A stretch of DNA of 64,000 nt from Synechococcus sp. (GCA_047284725.1 JBJBEO010000001.1:1880203-1944202); one strand, 5' to 3'; positions 43,578 through 53,861 are shown, numbered from the stretch's first letter. Notes: generated from the sequence alone by a model not told the origin. Numbers and translations are program-made.

Positions 43578-44351
43578 CTAGAGACTTGAGCTAGAAACTT
43601 CATCCCAGCGCGTCCAGCTGGTGGTCCGGATGCCATGACGCAAACGCAAGGAACCATCCTTCGCCAAACCCTCCACTGACCAGCGCTCGGCATTGAGAGG
43701 GTCCTTCACCGAACTCGCCCAGAGCCGAGCCTCCGTGGCCTTCACCACGACCTCCGGCTGTTCAGCCAACTGCATGGCCCGTTCAAACGCGGTCAACACC
43801 TCCGACGTCCACTGCAGTGTGCGCGGCCTGGGCAACAGCTGCTTCAAGGCGATCGCCCCTTGTGGCACGGCATTGACCACATTCAGGCCTAAGCCGACCC
43901 GAGCCAGACGCACTCGCCTGCCGCGATGGACCACACGCGGCAGAAGCCCAGCCAGCTTGTGGCCATCGACCAGCACATCATTGGGCCATTTGATCGCAAC
44001 GGTCAGGCCCGCAGCTTCCAGGCGTTCCGCCAAGCCCACCGCAACGGCCAGTCCGAACAGTCCGGCCGTCGATCCAGCACCAGACCAGGGCAGGGCTGCA
44101 CTGATCCACACCCCACCGGGAGGGGCAAGCCAACGACGCCCCCATTGTCCATGACTACAAATCTGGTGACGGGCGACCACTGCGCGAGGCATCAATCCAT
44201 TCCAGGGCTGAGCACCCAACCAGGAGGTGAGCTCTAGTTCAGTGCTGGCACACACCGGCAAACAACGCAGCTGCCAGGGGGGAGCACCACGAAGCTGGCG
44301 GATGCGAGCCAATGCCGCTGCGCCTGACGACCTCAGCACTGCTGACGCCAC
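43578..44351 (-). CDS. birA: Biotin-[acetyl-CoA-carboxylase] ligase
   Basis: ST, Q..GQWGRRW.APPGG, IKWPNDV, KLAGLL and GLGLNV. Confidence 0.9.
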   Translation of the reverse strand: MASAVLRSSGAAALARIRQLRGAPPWQLRCLPVCASTELELTSWLGAQPWNGLMPRAVVARHQICSHGQWGRRWLAPPGGVWISAALPWSGAGSTAGLFGLAVAVGLAERLEAAGLTVAIKWPNDVLVDGHKLAGLLPRVVHRGRRVRLARVGLGLNVVNAVPQGAIALKQLLPRPRTLQWTSEVLTAFERAMQLAEQPEVVVKATEARLWASSVKDPLNAERWSVEGLAKDGSLRLRHGIRTTSWTRWDEVSSSSL

Positions 44352-45526
44352 CAGGATTCCAGACGCCCGACAGCCGCCTCCAGCTGTGCCGAGGGCCGCA
44401 CAAGCGCCATGCGAAGCCAGTCGCGACCAGCCTCGCCAAATCCGGAACCGGGCGTGAGGGCGACACCCGTTTGCTCCAGCAAAGCAGCGGCCAGTGCTTC
44501 GTCATCGAGGCCCCGTTGCTGGGCCCAGGATGGCAAGGGCAACCACAGATACAAGGCCATGGAGGGGGTTGGCGCCTGCCAACCCAACTGCTGCAAAGCC
44601 GCAAGCGCCCGATCACGGCGTTCCCGATACACCGGCAGGATCTGCTGCGGCCAGTCTGGCGCTTGCGACAGTGCTGCGATCGCGCCTTGTTGCAACGCCG
44701 AGGACTGGTTGAAATCCACGACCCCCTTGAGCTGACGCAACGCTGTGATCAACGGTTCCGCTCCGACCGCGAAGGCCAGACGAAACCCTCCCAGGCACCA
44801 TCCCTTCGACAGGGAAAAAAATTCGATGCCTCGCTCGCGCCAACCCTCGGTACGGAGAAGCGCAGGGGCCTCCCCTTCCAGCACCAGATCCACGTAGGGA
44901 TTGTCGTGGGCGAAGACCAGGTCATGGCGGCATGCCTTCGCCATCCCCTCCTCAAGCCAGGCTTGTGCTCCCACCTGGGCGGTGGGGTTATGGGGAAAGC
45001 CCATCACCATCAGGCGTAACTGATCCCAGACGCTCTCACTGATGGCGTCGTAGCGAGGGCGCCAGTGCTGCTCAGCCGTCAAGGCCAACCGATGAATGGC
45101 CGCGTCGGCCAACACCATCCCACCACGGTGTGATGGATAACAAGGGTCCAGAATCAGCCCCGCATCACCAGGGCTGAGAACCGCCAGAGGGAGGTGGGCT
45201 GTTCCCTCCTGGGAACCCACCAGCATGATCACTTCTCTCTCAGGGTCAACCGCCACTCCAAAACGCTGATCGCACCAGGCAGCAACAGCGTCCCGCAGGG
45301 GGCGAGTCCCGGCGTGGAGGCAATAGGACGCACTCTCAGGTAGGGACAACGCGGACGTGATTGCATCGAGGGCAGCCGGCGGCGGCTGGAGATCGGTGGA
45401 TCCCAACGAGAGGTCCACCAAGGGTTGATTCTCGGCGTTGGCGCTGGTCTTGTAGCGCTGCTTGCGTTGATCATTGCGATCAAAAACGCCGCTGCCGAGC
45501 TGCTCAAGTCGCCTAGAGGTGAGCAT
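44333..45526 (-). CDS. Class I/II PLP-dependent aminotransferase (LL-DAP aminotransferase-like)
   Basis: DLSLGSTD, GSQEG, PHNPT, HDNPY, FSLSKGW..GFRL and PGSGFG. Confidence 0.88.
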   Translation of the reverse strand: MLTSRRLEQLGSGVFDRNDQRKQRYKTSANAENQPLVDLSLGSTDLQPPPAALDAITSALSLPESASYCLHAGTRPLRDAVAAWCDQRFGVAVDPEREVIMLVGSQEGTAHLPLAVLSPGDAGLILDPCYPSHRGGMVLADAAIHRLALTAEQHWRPRYDAISESVWDQLRLMVMGFPHNPTAQVGAQAWLEEGMAKACRHDLVFAHDNPYVDLVLEGEAPALLRTEGWRERGIEFFSLSKGWCLGGFRLAFAVGAEPLITALRQLKGVVDFNQSSALQQGAIAALSQAPDWPQQILPVYRERRDRALAALQQLGWQAPTPSMALYLWLPLPSWAQQRGLDDEALAAALLEQTGVALTPGSGFGEAGRDWLRMALVRPSAQLEAAVGRLESWWRQQC

Positions 45527-45839
45527 CCAGGAATGCCTGCAGCTGGGGCTTCGCGATCGCACCCTCCTGGCGAGCGATCTCCTTGCCTTCGCGATAAAGA
45601 ATCAAGGTGGGAATGCCCTGCACCTCGTAGGCATCACGCGTGGCAGGGTTGCCATCCACCTCGAGCTTGCCCACCAGCAACTTGCCGGCATAGGTCTCGG
45701 CCGCCCAGTCCATCATTGGAGCCATCAAACGGCAGGGACCGCACCAGGGAGCCCAGAAATCCACCAGCACGGTTGTGGATGCCTGCAGCACCTCCGACGC
45801 GAACGAGGCATCGGTGAAGTCAGACACGGATTGGCCCAC
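45513..45839 (-). CDS. trx: Thioredoxin
   Basis: DFWAPWCGPCR and GIPTL motifs; 108 aa. Confidence 0.95.
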   Translation of the reverse strand: MGQSVSDFTDASFASEVLQASTTVLVDFWAPWCGPCRLMAPMMDWAAETYAGKLLVGKLEVDGNPATRDAYEVQGIPTLILYREGKEIARQEGAIAKPQLQAFLDAHL

Positions 45840-45909
45840 GGCAGCTGGTGTAATGCCCCCCGATCCTATGGAGCCGATCGAGGGGATGGGTTGAAGACAA
45901 GCGACGGCT

Positions 45910-46680
45910 TCAGAGTTTGTCGATCGACTTCTTCAGTTCCTCAAGGTCAGCATCCACCTCCGAAACCTTCACAGGCTCCACTGCGGGGGCATCGCCTGCC
46001 GGCAGAGCCACGGCTTCCGGACCACCGGCCAGGCGTTGGCGCAGGCTGGCGAGCTCGTCATCGACATCGCTTCCTCCCTCCAGGGCTGCAAACTGGCTCT
46101 CCAGATCAGCGCCGGCCAGCTCCGCCGCAGCCTGGCTGCTGGCTTCCATCGCTTCCACCTTGTCTTCCATGCGCTCAAACGCAGCCATGGCGGTGTTAGT
46201 GCCGAGATTGCCGACGGCACTCTGAAGCTGCTGCTGAGCCTGGGCCGCCTGGGCACGGGCCTTGAGCATGTCTTTCTTGGTACGGGCCTCAGCGATCTTT
46301 CCTTCAAGGGCGACAAGACTCCGCTTCAGGGTCTCCACCTGGGTGTCCTGTCCCTTCACCTGGGAAGAAAGGGACGTTGCCGTCTCCTGGAAGGTCTTAC
46401 GGCGGGACAGGGCTTCTCTTGCCAGATCCTCCTCTCCCTTCTTCAGCGCCAGTTCCGCTCGTTCGTACCAGGTCTTCGACTGCGCTTCCGCCTGCTCCGC
46501 CTGGTTGCGTAAGCGCTTCTGGCTGGCGATCGCCATGGCCACGGCCTGGCGAAGCTTCACCAGATCCGACTGCATATCGGCGACCGATTGATCCAGGATC
46601 TTGACGGGGTCCTCCAGGCTGCTCACAGCAGCATTGGCGTTGGCACGAACCAGTCGGCTCAGCCGATCGAAGAAACCCAT
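45910..46680 (-). CDS. vipp1: PspA/IM30 family protein Vipp1
   Basis: MGFFDRLSRLVRAN, EDP.KIL.Q, AFERMEDKV and extra C-terminal helix VDADLEELKK. Confidence 0.95.
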   Translation of the reverse strand: MGFFDRLSRLVRANANAAVSSLEDPVKILDQSVADMQSDLVKLRQAVAMAIASQKRLRNQAEQAEAQSKTWYERAELALKKGEEDLAREALSRRKTFQETATSLSSQVKGQDTQVETLKRSLVALEGKIAEARTKKDMLKARAQAAQAQQQLQSAVGNLGTNTAMAAFERMEDKVEAMEASSQAAAELAGADLESQFAALEGGSDVDDELASLRQRLAGGPEAVALPAGDAPAVEPVKVSEVDADLEELKKSIDKL

Positions 46681-46784
46681 GGTGCGAGGGAAGGGTGGAA
46701 GTGCTGCAGCTGGAGGCTAGCGAGATGCGACCGACACTCCACCTACGATCGCCACAAGCCAATTTCAAAGAGGCAGCAGCGGTC

Positions 46785-47324
46785 ATGGCCAGGGCTCCGA
46801 AATCCCAACGCCGGCCCTTCGGCAAGGGGGAGTTGCTGCAGCCCCCGCCGCCTGCACCGGCTGAACCGATCGGCTCTTGCCTGGAGGCCCTGCGCAACAG
46901 CTGGCGCCGCGATGGTTCGCTGGCCGCCATCTGGCAGGACTGGCCCCAGTTGGCGGGTGAGCACCTGGCTCCCCATTGCCGACCGCTGCAGTTGCAAGGA
47001 GGCCTGCTCACCGTGGGAGCCAGCCATCCGCAATGGCGCCAAGCCCTCCTCTACAGCCGCCCCCAACTGCTCACAGCGCTTCGGGCAGCAGGCCATCGCA
47101 TCAAGGATCTGCGCATCCAACAGCATCACAGGACCCAGCCCCCCCAGCTGGAAAGTGAATCAGCCGTCTGGGCACGGCACCCCAGCCGCATCGATGTGCA
47201 CGGCATGGCGTCCTGCCCCACCTGCGGGCGCCCTTCACCAGCGGGAGAAATGGCCCTTTGGGGTCATTGCGGCTTTTGCCGTCGAAGTGAACTGGCCTCC
47301 CTTGTCTCCGACACGTCTCAATAA
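46785..47324 (+). CDS. DUF721/DciA-family protein with C-terminal Zn ribbon
   Basis: IWQDWPQLAG..LAPHCRP...G.L.V.A.HPQW.QAL, followed by CPTC...CGFC. Confidence 0.8.
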   Translation: MARAPKSQRRPFGKGELLQPPPPAPAEPIGSCLEALRNSWRRDGSLAAIWQDWPQLAGEHLAPHCRPLQLQGGLLTVGASHPQWRQALLYSRPQLLTALRAAGHRIKDLRIQQHHRTQPPQLESESAVWARHPSRIDVHGMASCPTCGRPSPAGEMALWGHCGFCRRSELASLVSDTSQ

Positions 47325-49168
47325 CGCTCGGGCCTGGGGTCGCGCCAATCGGGGTTAACACCCTCCTGCTGCAAGGCACGGGCACGATCATCAAGACGAC
47401 GACGGTCGACCCGCCAGAGCCGATAGATGCCATGGCTTGCCAGCTCCTCGGGCTCGAGCCCCTGCCAATGGGGACGCTCGCTCGTTGTGGCATCAATCAC
47501 CACAAGGACCGTGGGCTGGGACTTCAGCGACGTCCCCTTCCAGCCACGACGACTCTGCTCGTGGCTGAAGCGATCGGCCACGTTGACCAAAGCCCCTTTC
47601 GACACTCCCTCGAAGACCACCACCTGATCGGTATAGAAATGAAGTGAGGGCTTCATCGCACCCACCATGGCAAGCGGTTCGATGCCAACCCGGTCTCGCT
47701 CGCGCACGATCGCTTCAGCCACCTGACGCACGGGCAACTGACGGACACGATCGCCAAGGACCATCATCGGCACCAGTGACACCAGCTGGAACACCACCAC
47801 CGGGGCCTGCATCGCCAGCAACCGGCCGGGCTTAGGACGCCAGCAGAGCCAGGCACCAAGCACCACCACGACGGTGAAACAGACAGCGGCGCGAAGCACC
47901 AGTCCACTGGCAAGCAGTTCAGCCGGGAGGGTGGGCATCTCTGGATCGTCGATCAAGGGAACCCAGAGCCCAGAGCCCCACAGCCCCCCGGCGAGCACTG
48001 CCGCCAACGCCAGTGACGCCAGCCAGGCCAACGTCTTTGCCCGCTGGGAACGAGCCGCATCAGGCAGCAGCGAAAGGGCGATCAACAGTCCGGCGGCGGG
48101 GGTGGCAGGCAACCAGTAGCTGGGCAGCTTGGTGGCGGCAGACGTGAAGAGCAGGAGTACCGCCAGCAACCAGCAGGCGGCGAACAGCTGCAGACTCTGA
48201 GGCGAGGTCGATGGCCTGCCGGGGCGACGCAGTCGCTGAGCCACCTGAGCCAGACCCAGGAACAACAAAGGCGTGAACGGCAAGGCGGCAATCACAAGCA
48301 CCGGACCGAAGAACCACCAGGGCTGCAGATGGCTGTTCACAACCGAGGTGAAGCGTTGAAAGTTGTGATAACCAAAGAAGCTGTCCCAGAAAGGCTGGCC
48401 CTCCACCAGCAACTCGAGGCCATACCAGGGAAGACTGATCAGCGCGGTGATCAGAAGCCCCGGCAGAGGCCGCAGCTCACACCACAGACCACAGAGCTGA
48501 CGACGAGCCAGGCCAAAGAGAAGCAGCGTGATGCCGCTGAGCACCACGGCCACGGGGCCTTTGGTGAGGACTGCCAATCCCAGCAGGACCCAGGCCAGCC
48601 ACCAACGGCGCCCACCACTGGCATGGCAGCGCCATTGGCAGAGAAAGCTGAGGGCGAGTGTGCCGCTGAGCAAGCCATCACTGACCGCAGTGCGGCTCCA
48701 CAACAGAACCAGGGGAGACAGAGCAAACGCCAGGGCCGCCGCGACAGCAGTACGGCGAGGGAACGGATCGGCCCCCTGGGGGAAGCGCATCAGGGTATCC
48801 CCGAGCATCAGCATCGTGGCAAGGGTTCCCAAAGCCGAAGGGAAACGGCCCGCCCACGTGCCAAGAGGGTCCCATGAGGGCTGACCGGGCAAGGCATAGG
48901 CCCCGCCCATCAACCAGTACACCAGGGGGGGTTTGTCATAGCGGGGCAGCCCATTGACCCGGGGAGTCAGCCAATCCCCGGTGCGAGCCATGGCCCGGCC
49001 AGCAGCGGCGAAGAGTGGCGGGGTTTCATCCACCAGACCGTTGGCGCCGAGCTGCCAGAAGCAAATCACCAGACCAAGCCCCAGCACCAGCAGCAGACCT
49101 CGGCGCCGCTGTCGCCGCGCGAGTGACTGGGGAGAGTCGGGGGCCACAGCCTCAGAGGAAGTACTCAT
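47318..49168 (-). CDS. ArnT/PMT-family (GT39/GT83) membrane glycosyltransferase
   Basis: DETPP.F...R.M...GDW.TP.VNG.PRYDKPPL.YW, LTKGP and TKLPSY.LP; many TM segments. Confidence 0.9.
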   Translation of the reverse strand: MSTSSEAVAPDSPQSLARRQRRRGLLLVLGLGLVICFWQLGANGLVDETPPLFAAAGRAMARTGDWLTPRVNGLPRYDKPPLVYWLMGGAYALPGQPSWDPLGTWAGRFPSALGTLATMLMLGDTLMRFPQGADPFPRRTAVAAALAFALSPLVLLWSRTAVSDGLLSGTLALSFLCQWRCHASGGRRWWLAWVLLGLAVLTKGPVAVVLSGITLLLFGLARRQLCGLWCELRPLPGLLITALISLPWYGLELLVEGQPFWDSFFGYHNFQRFTSVVNSHLQPWWFFGPVLVIAALPFTPLLFLGLAQVAQRLRRPGRPSTSPQSLQLFAACWLLAVLLLFTSAATKLPSYWLPATPAAGLLIALSLLPDAARSQRAKTLAWLASLALAAVLAGGLWGSGLWVPLIDDPEMPTLPAELLASGLVLRAAVCFTVVVVLGAWLCWRPKPGRLLAMQAPVVVFQLVSLVPMMVLGDRVRQLPVRQVAEAIVRERDRVGIEPLAMVGAMKPSLHFYTDQVVVFEGVSKGALVNVADRFSHEQSRRGWKGTSLKSQPTVLVVIDATTSERPHWQGLEPEELASHGIYRLWRVDRRRLDDRARALQQEGVNPDWRDPRPERY

Positions 49169-50286
49169 CGGGTGATGCTGCCATCCCCGGGAACAAGGCC
49201 GTCTCGGATCCAGGACTCGACCCGTTCGGCAAACACGTCCTGACTGGCATGGTCCTCGACCCAGTGCCGGCAGGCCTGCCGATCGAGGCTCACAGCCTGC
49301 AGGGTGGCCTCCTGCAAAGCACCGACATCGTCGGGGGGCACCAGAAATCCAGTCAGGCCGTGCAGCACCAGCTCAGCCGGCCCCCCACGGGCGTAGGCCA
49401 CCACGGGCACCCCGCAGGCGAGGGCCTCCACCACAACGTTGCCATAGGCCTCATTCCATTTGGGCGTGTTCAGCAGGGCACGACACCCTCCCAGTTCAGC
49501 CTGCAACGCGTCGGTGGCCAGAAACCCGCGCCAGTGGATTGTGCCTGCCGGCACCGAAGCCTCCACTCGCTCGGCGTAGGCCAGGTCTTCCCGCACGCCC
49601 CAAACCCATAACCGCTCACCAAGGGCTGCTGCCACTGCTGCCGCATCCTCGAGTCCCTTCTCGGGTGCCACCCTGCCGGCCCAGCCCAGGGGGCCACCGC
49701 CAGCAGCTCGAAACCTGTAGGAGCGGAGGTCGAAACCGTTACCCACCAATCGAGGTGGGGCTTGGAGGTGGAAATCGGACGCCTGTGCCTGGGTGTGAAA
49801 TGCCATGCGGCGCTGATCCCAGCAGGCCAACTCGGCAATTTGCCGGTCCATCACATCCGCCACCGAGCCCATGCTCACCAGATGGAAGAGCTTTTCCGGC
49901 ACACGCGGAGTCAGCCACAACGGCAGCCAGTCGTAGCCGCAATTGAGCACAGCGTCGGCCTCGCTAGCAAGGGCCAGAGCTCGCTCCCACAGACGCGGCA
50001 ACAGCCCTTGATCAGGAATGGTCACGGCCGCCGATCGCTCAGCGTGCTGCCAGCTGGGTTGATCCAGTCCGCTGACCGTTTCAAGTCTGAGCTGGTCAGA
50101 CGCCACCGGCGGAACGGATCCCTCTGGCGCCACCAGGGTGAGGCGATGGCCCCGTTCAAGCAAGCCGCGAACCAAGGATGCGAGCGTTAATTCCACTCCG
50201 CCGCCGCGGCCACTGCCGAGGTGACCGATCGGGGTGCTCACAAGCACAAGATGCATCGGCCGTGTACGGCCCAAAGTCCCACTCAT
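49165..50286 (-). CDS. Glycosyltransferase family 4
   Basis: GGGVE, GRVAPEKG and EAYGNVVVEALACGVPVV. Confidence 0.92.
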   Translation of the reverse strand: MSGTLGRTRPMHLVLVSTPIGHLGSGRGGGVELTLASLVRGLLERGHRLTLVAPEGSVPPVASDQLRLETVSGLDQPSWQHAERSAAVTIPDQGLLPRLWERALALASEADAVLNCGYDWLPLWLTPRVPEKLFHLVSMGSVADVMDRQIAELACWDQRRMAFHTQAQASDFHLQAPPRLVGNGFDLRSYRFRAAGGGPLGWAGRVAPEKGLEDAAAVAAALGERLWVWGVREDLAYAERVEASVPAGTIHWRGFLATDALQAELGGCRALLNTPKWNEAYGNVVVEALACGVPVVAYARGGPAELVLHGLTGFLVPPDDVGALQEATLQAVSLDRQACRHWVEDHASQDVFAERVESWIRDGLVPGDGSITR

Positions 50287-51239
50287 CCTTCTCCCCCTCC
50301 CATGGCCACCGCCGCATGGCTGGGCTCCCACCAGCGCCGACGTTGACTCACCAAGACCACCGATAGCAACACCATCACCACACCAACCCACTGCAAGGGC
50401 GCCAGGCGCTCCTGCAGCCACAGACCGCCTGAAGCGAGGGCAAACACAGGCGTGAGAAAACCGAGCGTTGAGAAAGCGGTGAGTTCACGCCGATTGGCGA
50501 ACCAAAAGAAGAGGGCATAGGCCAGGGCGCTGCCAAGCAGGCTGGCGTAGCCCATCAAGAGCCACTGCTGCTGCGTCCATTCCGGCACCAGGGGATAGGA
50601 AGAATCCCAGCCATGCCACGCCAGCAGCGGCAGACCTCCAAGCAACATGTGCCACCCCGTCACCGTGACGGGATGGCTGGCGCTGCAGGCATAGCGGCTG
50701 ATCACGGTGCCAAGAGCCATGGCCACAGCTGCGGCCAGCATCCAGACCGTTCCGCCTTCCCAAAGCCCCGAGGGAGCCACGGAATCACCCAGCAACCACC
50801 AGTGCCGCAACAGATCGGAGGGAACTCCTAAACAGACAATCCCCGCCAAACCAAGCATCAACCCAAACCAACCCACCGGGTTGATCGCTTCAGCGAACAG
50901 ACTGCGAGCCAGGAGAGCCACCATCAACGGTTGGGAATCGATCAACACCGACCCCAGGCCAGCACCGGTTTGCTGGAGCCCTCTGGCCAGACAGAACTGA
51001 AAGACGGTGGCGTCGATCAAGGTGAAGACCAGAAACCAAATCCTGTCTTGAGGAGCGATTCGCCAGGACGCACCCAATAACGGGAGCGCGAGAAGGAGCG
51101 CCAGCCCCGCGGGCACCAATCGCAAGCTGGCCACCAATTCCGGGCCGCCACTGGCCAACAACGGCGCCATCGCTGCCATGGCAGTGCCCCATAACGCAAA
51201 CGGCAGCACCATCAGCAGCCCGAGACGAATCGACACCAT
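50283..51239 (-). CDS. DMT/EamA-family transporter
   Basis: About 10 TM segments in two EamA repeats: LWG, R..PAG, QPLMVALLA and LTPVFAL..G...LQE. Confidence 0.9.
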   Translation of the reverse strand: MVSIRLGLLMVLPFALWGTAMAAMAPLLASGGPELVASLRLVPAGLALLLALPLLGASWRIAPQDRIWFLVFTLIDATVFQFCLARGLQQTGAGLGSVLIDSQPLMVALLARSLFAEAINPVGWFGLMLGLAGIVCLGVPSDLLRHWWLLGDSVAPSGLWEGGTVWMLAAAVAMALGTVISRYACSASHPVTVTGWHMLLGGLPLLAWHGWDSSYPLVPEWTQQQWLLMGYASLLGSALAYALFFWFANRRELTAFSTLGFLTPVFALASGGLWLQERLAPLQWVGVVMVLLSVVLVSQRRRWWEPSHAAVAMGGGEG

Positions 51240-51286
51240 CACGGCACTTCACAGGCTCCTTTTTAAGATCCTGAGCGCAACGATTG

Positions 51287-52102
51287 ATGGACATGGTCTG
51301 GCCCTGGCGCCGCAAATCCCGGCGACGGATGGCACGCATCACCATTGAAGGGGCGATTGCGTCGGACACCCGCAAACGGGTGCTCAAGGCATTGCGGGAG
51401 GTGGAGAAGCGGGAATTCCCCGCGCTGCTGCTGCGCATCGACAGCCCAGGCGGCACGGTAGGCGACAGCCAGGAGATCCACGCCGCCCTGCTCCGCCTGC
51501 GCGAGAAGGGATGCCGCGTGGTTGCCAGCTTCGGCAACATTTCCGCGTCCGGGGGGGTTTATGTCGGAGTGGCAGCGGAGAAGATCGTGTCGAATCCCGG
51601 CACCATCACCGGGTCGATTGGCGTGATCCTGCGCGGTAACAATCTCTCCCGATTGCTCGAACGGATCGGTATCCAGTTTGAAACCGTCAAGAGCGGTGCT
51701 TACAAAGACATCCTTTCCCCGGATCGTGGCCTCAGCCCCGAGGAGAGGCAGTTACTGCAGGCCCTGATCGACAGCAGCTACAGCCAATTTGTGGAGGCGG
51801 TCGCCGCCGGTCGCCAGCTCAGCCAAAACGACGTGCGGGCGTTCGCTGACGGCAGGGTGTTCAGCGGCGCCCAGGCCAAGGAGCTTGGACTGGTCGATGA
51901 GCTCGGGGACGAAGAACATGCACGCGCCCTGGCGGCTCAACTGGCGGATCTCGAAGACGACTGCAAGCCCGTCACCCTTGGCAAACCGAAGAAAACCTTG
52001 CTGGCTCGTCTTCCAGGAGGGGCTTTGTTCATTCAAATCAGCGATCTGATTGCGACAGAGCTGACGTCTTGCGGACAGGCCCTCTGGCTGTATCGGCCAT
52101 GA
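51287..52102 (+). CDS. sppA: Signal peptide peptidase SppA (S49, short form)
   Basis: LRIDSPGG, ASGGVY, TGSIGV, KSGAYKD, DGRVFSG and GLVDELG. Confidence 0.93.
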   Translation: MDMVWPWRRKSRRRMARITIEGAIASDTRKRVLKALREVEKREFPALLLRIDSPGGTVGDSQEIHAALLRLREKGCRVVASFGNISASGGVYVGVAAEKIVSNPGTITGSIGVILRGNNLSRLLERIGIQFETVKSGAYKDILSPDRGLSPEERQLLQALIDSSYSQFVEAVAAGRQLSQNDVRAFADGRVFSGAQAKELGLVDELGDEEHARALAAQLADLEDDCKPVTLGKPKKTLLARLPGGALFIQISDLIATELTSCGQALWLYRP

Positions 52103-52494
52103 CGCCACCTTCCATCGCCAATGGATTGAGCCTGCGGGGCCTGAGGGGAGCCACCACCTGCGAAACCAACAGCATCGCCGCCATCGAAACAGCGGTTGAT
52201 GAACTTGTCACCTGCCTGGTGAAACGCAACGGCCTTGATGCCGAACGCATTGTGTCGGTGACGTTCTCCGTGACGGCAGATCTCGACGCCTGTTTCCCGG
52301 CAGCCATCGCCCGACGACAGCCAGGCTGGGATCAGGTGGCACTGCTTGACTGCCAGCAGATGGCTGTCCAAGGGGATCTGCCCCGCTGCATTCGGTTACT
52401 GGCGCACGTGTGGCTTCCATCGGGACAAACCCCTTGCCACGCCTACCTAGGCGAGGCAAGCCGGCTACGGCCAGACAGATCCGGTCACAACTGA
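52099..52494 (+). CDS. aroH: Chorismate mutase, AroH type
   Basis: RGLRGATT, FSVTADL.ACFPA..AR, LPRCIR, H.YL..A..LRPD. Confidence 0.94.
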   Translation: MTPPSIANGLSLRGLRGATTCETNSIAAIETAVDELVTCLVKRNGLDAERIVSVTFSVTADLDACFPAAIARRQPGWDQVALLDCQQMAVQGDLPRCIRLLAHVWLPSGQTPCHAYLGEASRLRPDRSGHN

Positions 52495-52612
52495 CAGCTG
52501 GAATGCCGGCCCCTCGGGCACCATTCATCGAACCACTTCGAGACAATCAAGACATCTGTATTGCTCGATCGCTGCTGGCTCCATCCCACGCACTGATCAA
52601 CACGTTTTTCGA

Positions 52613-53236
52613 ATGCATCCATCCACCCCAAGCCGTCTAGTTCAGAAGCTGCGGCACGCATCCCTCTCCAGTGCGCTGGCAGGAGGGTTGGCAGCGGCTG
52701 GCGTGTTGGCTGCCGCCCCTCTGCTTGAAGGTGCGAAGCCAAGTCCTGCCAAGGCCCAAGCAACCCCTGCGCTACTGGAGTTTCGATGGGAAGACAACCG
52801 TGATTACAGAAAGCTCTATTACTTCCAGAGCTCGACCCGCAAGCTGGATCGCGCCGAGTATTTCTTCATCCTGCGGCCCAAAGATCGCAAGAACGCCATT
52901 CTCAAACTCACGATCGAAGTCCCGGATTACTTCAACGCCAAGATCGTTCCTGACAAGATCGAGCTCTGCAGAATGAAGCTGGGCGGCATGCTTGCACGTA
53001 GCAAGTGCCTGGAGACTCTTCCAGCCGTCATCGAGGTCAACGAAGCGCAGACGGCGATTGAAGTGTTTCCCCAAACGCCTGTCCCCTCAGATGAAGACAC
53101 CTATGCGGTGGTGATGAAGATTTTCAATCCCAACAACGCTGGCATGTTCCAGTTCAATGCCCTCGCTCAGGCCCCTGGGGATGTGCCTGTGTCTGGGTAC
53201 CTGGGCAGCTGGTCCATCGACATCGATGTCGATTGA
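52613..53236 (+). CDS. Conserved exported cyanobacterial protein, DUF2808-like
   Basis: Signal-like N-terminus, NP..AGMFQFNA and YLGSW motifs; typical position upstream of rpmH. Confidence 0.78.
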   Translation: MHPSTPSRLVQKLRHASLSSALAGGLAAAGVLAAAPLLEGAKPSPAKAQATPALLEFRWEDNRDYRKLYYFQSSTRKLDRAEYFFILRPKDRKNAILKLTIEVPDYFNAKIVPDKIELCRMKLGGMLARSKCLETLPAVIEVNEAQTAIEVFPQTPVPSDEDTYAVVMKIFNPNNAGMFQFNALAQAPGDVPVSGYLGSWSIDIDVD

Positions 53237-53295
53237 TCGGGAACCCAGCTGGTAAATTGTTGAATTGACGACAGGCCGGACGCCGAAACTCAACC

Positions 53296-53433
53296 ATGAC
53301 GAAACGAACTCTCGGTGGCACCAGCCGTAAGCGCAAGCGCGTTTCCGGTTTTCGTGTGCGGATGCGGACCCACACCGGTCGTCGTGTCATTCGCAGCCGC
53401 CGCAAGCGTGGTCGGGCCCGTCTCGCTGCCTGA
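53296..53433 (+). CDS. rpmH: 50S ribosomal protein L34
   Basis: Manual translation [45 protein letters not shown]. Confidence 0.97.
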   Translation: MTKRTLGGTSRKRKRVSGFRVRMRTHTGRRVIRSRRKRGRARLAA

Positions 53434-53462
53434 TCTCGCTGCTCAACAAACAGCCTTTTTCG

Positions 53463-53861
53463 ATGGTCCTGCCGACACCGATGCGTCTGCGGGGCCATCG
53501 TTGCTTTGATCACCTGCATCGAAACGGTCGCCGCCATCACGGCACGCACATGGTGTTGCGCCTCGCCAAGGCTCGAGAGTCTCTGCTCAAGCTGCCTTCA
53601 TCGCAATTGGATAAGCATCAGCCTGAATCACGCCGATGTCGTTGCGCCGTTGTGATCAGTGGGAAGGTCAGCAAACGCTCGGTTGTTCGCAATCGCCTAC
53701 GTCGGCAGTTGCACGCGCATTTGAGAATGCGTCTGGGGGAGCGATCGTGCCTCGCCTGTCACTGGCTTCTGCTCAGCCTCAAACCCGGTGCAGCCGAAGA
53801 CTCAACGCTTTTGCTGGAAGAATGCGACAGATTGCTTCAGGACGCGGGATTATTGCCATGA
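53463..53861 (+). CDS. rnpA: Ribonuclease P protein component
   Basis: LP..MRL, VVISGKVSKRSVVRNRLRR (RNR motif); follows rpmH. Confidence 0.93.
   Translation: MVLPTPMRLRGHRCFDHLHRNGRRHHGTHMVLRLAKARESLLKLPSSQLDKHQPESRRCRCAVVISGKVSKRSVVRNRLRRQLHAHLRMRLGERSCLACHWLLLSLKPGAAEDSTLLLEECDRLLQDAGLLP

Noticed and set aside
52501..52527. Weak hairpin after aroH (GAATG..GCCC-CTC-GGGC..CATTC)
   Set aside because: Short, interrupted and without a U-tract; within chance expectation for this GC content.
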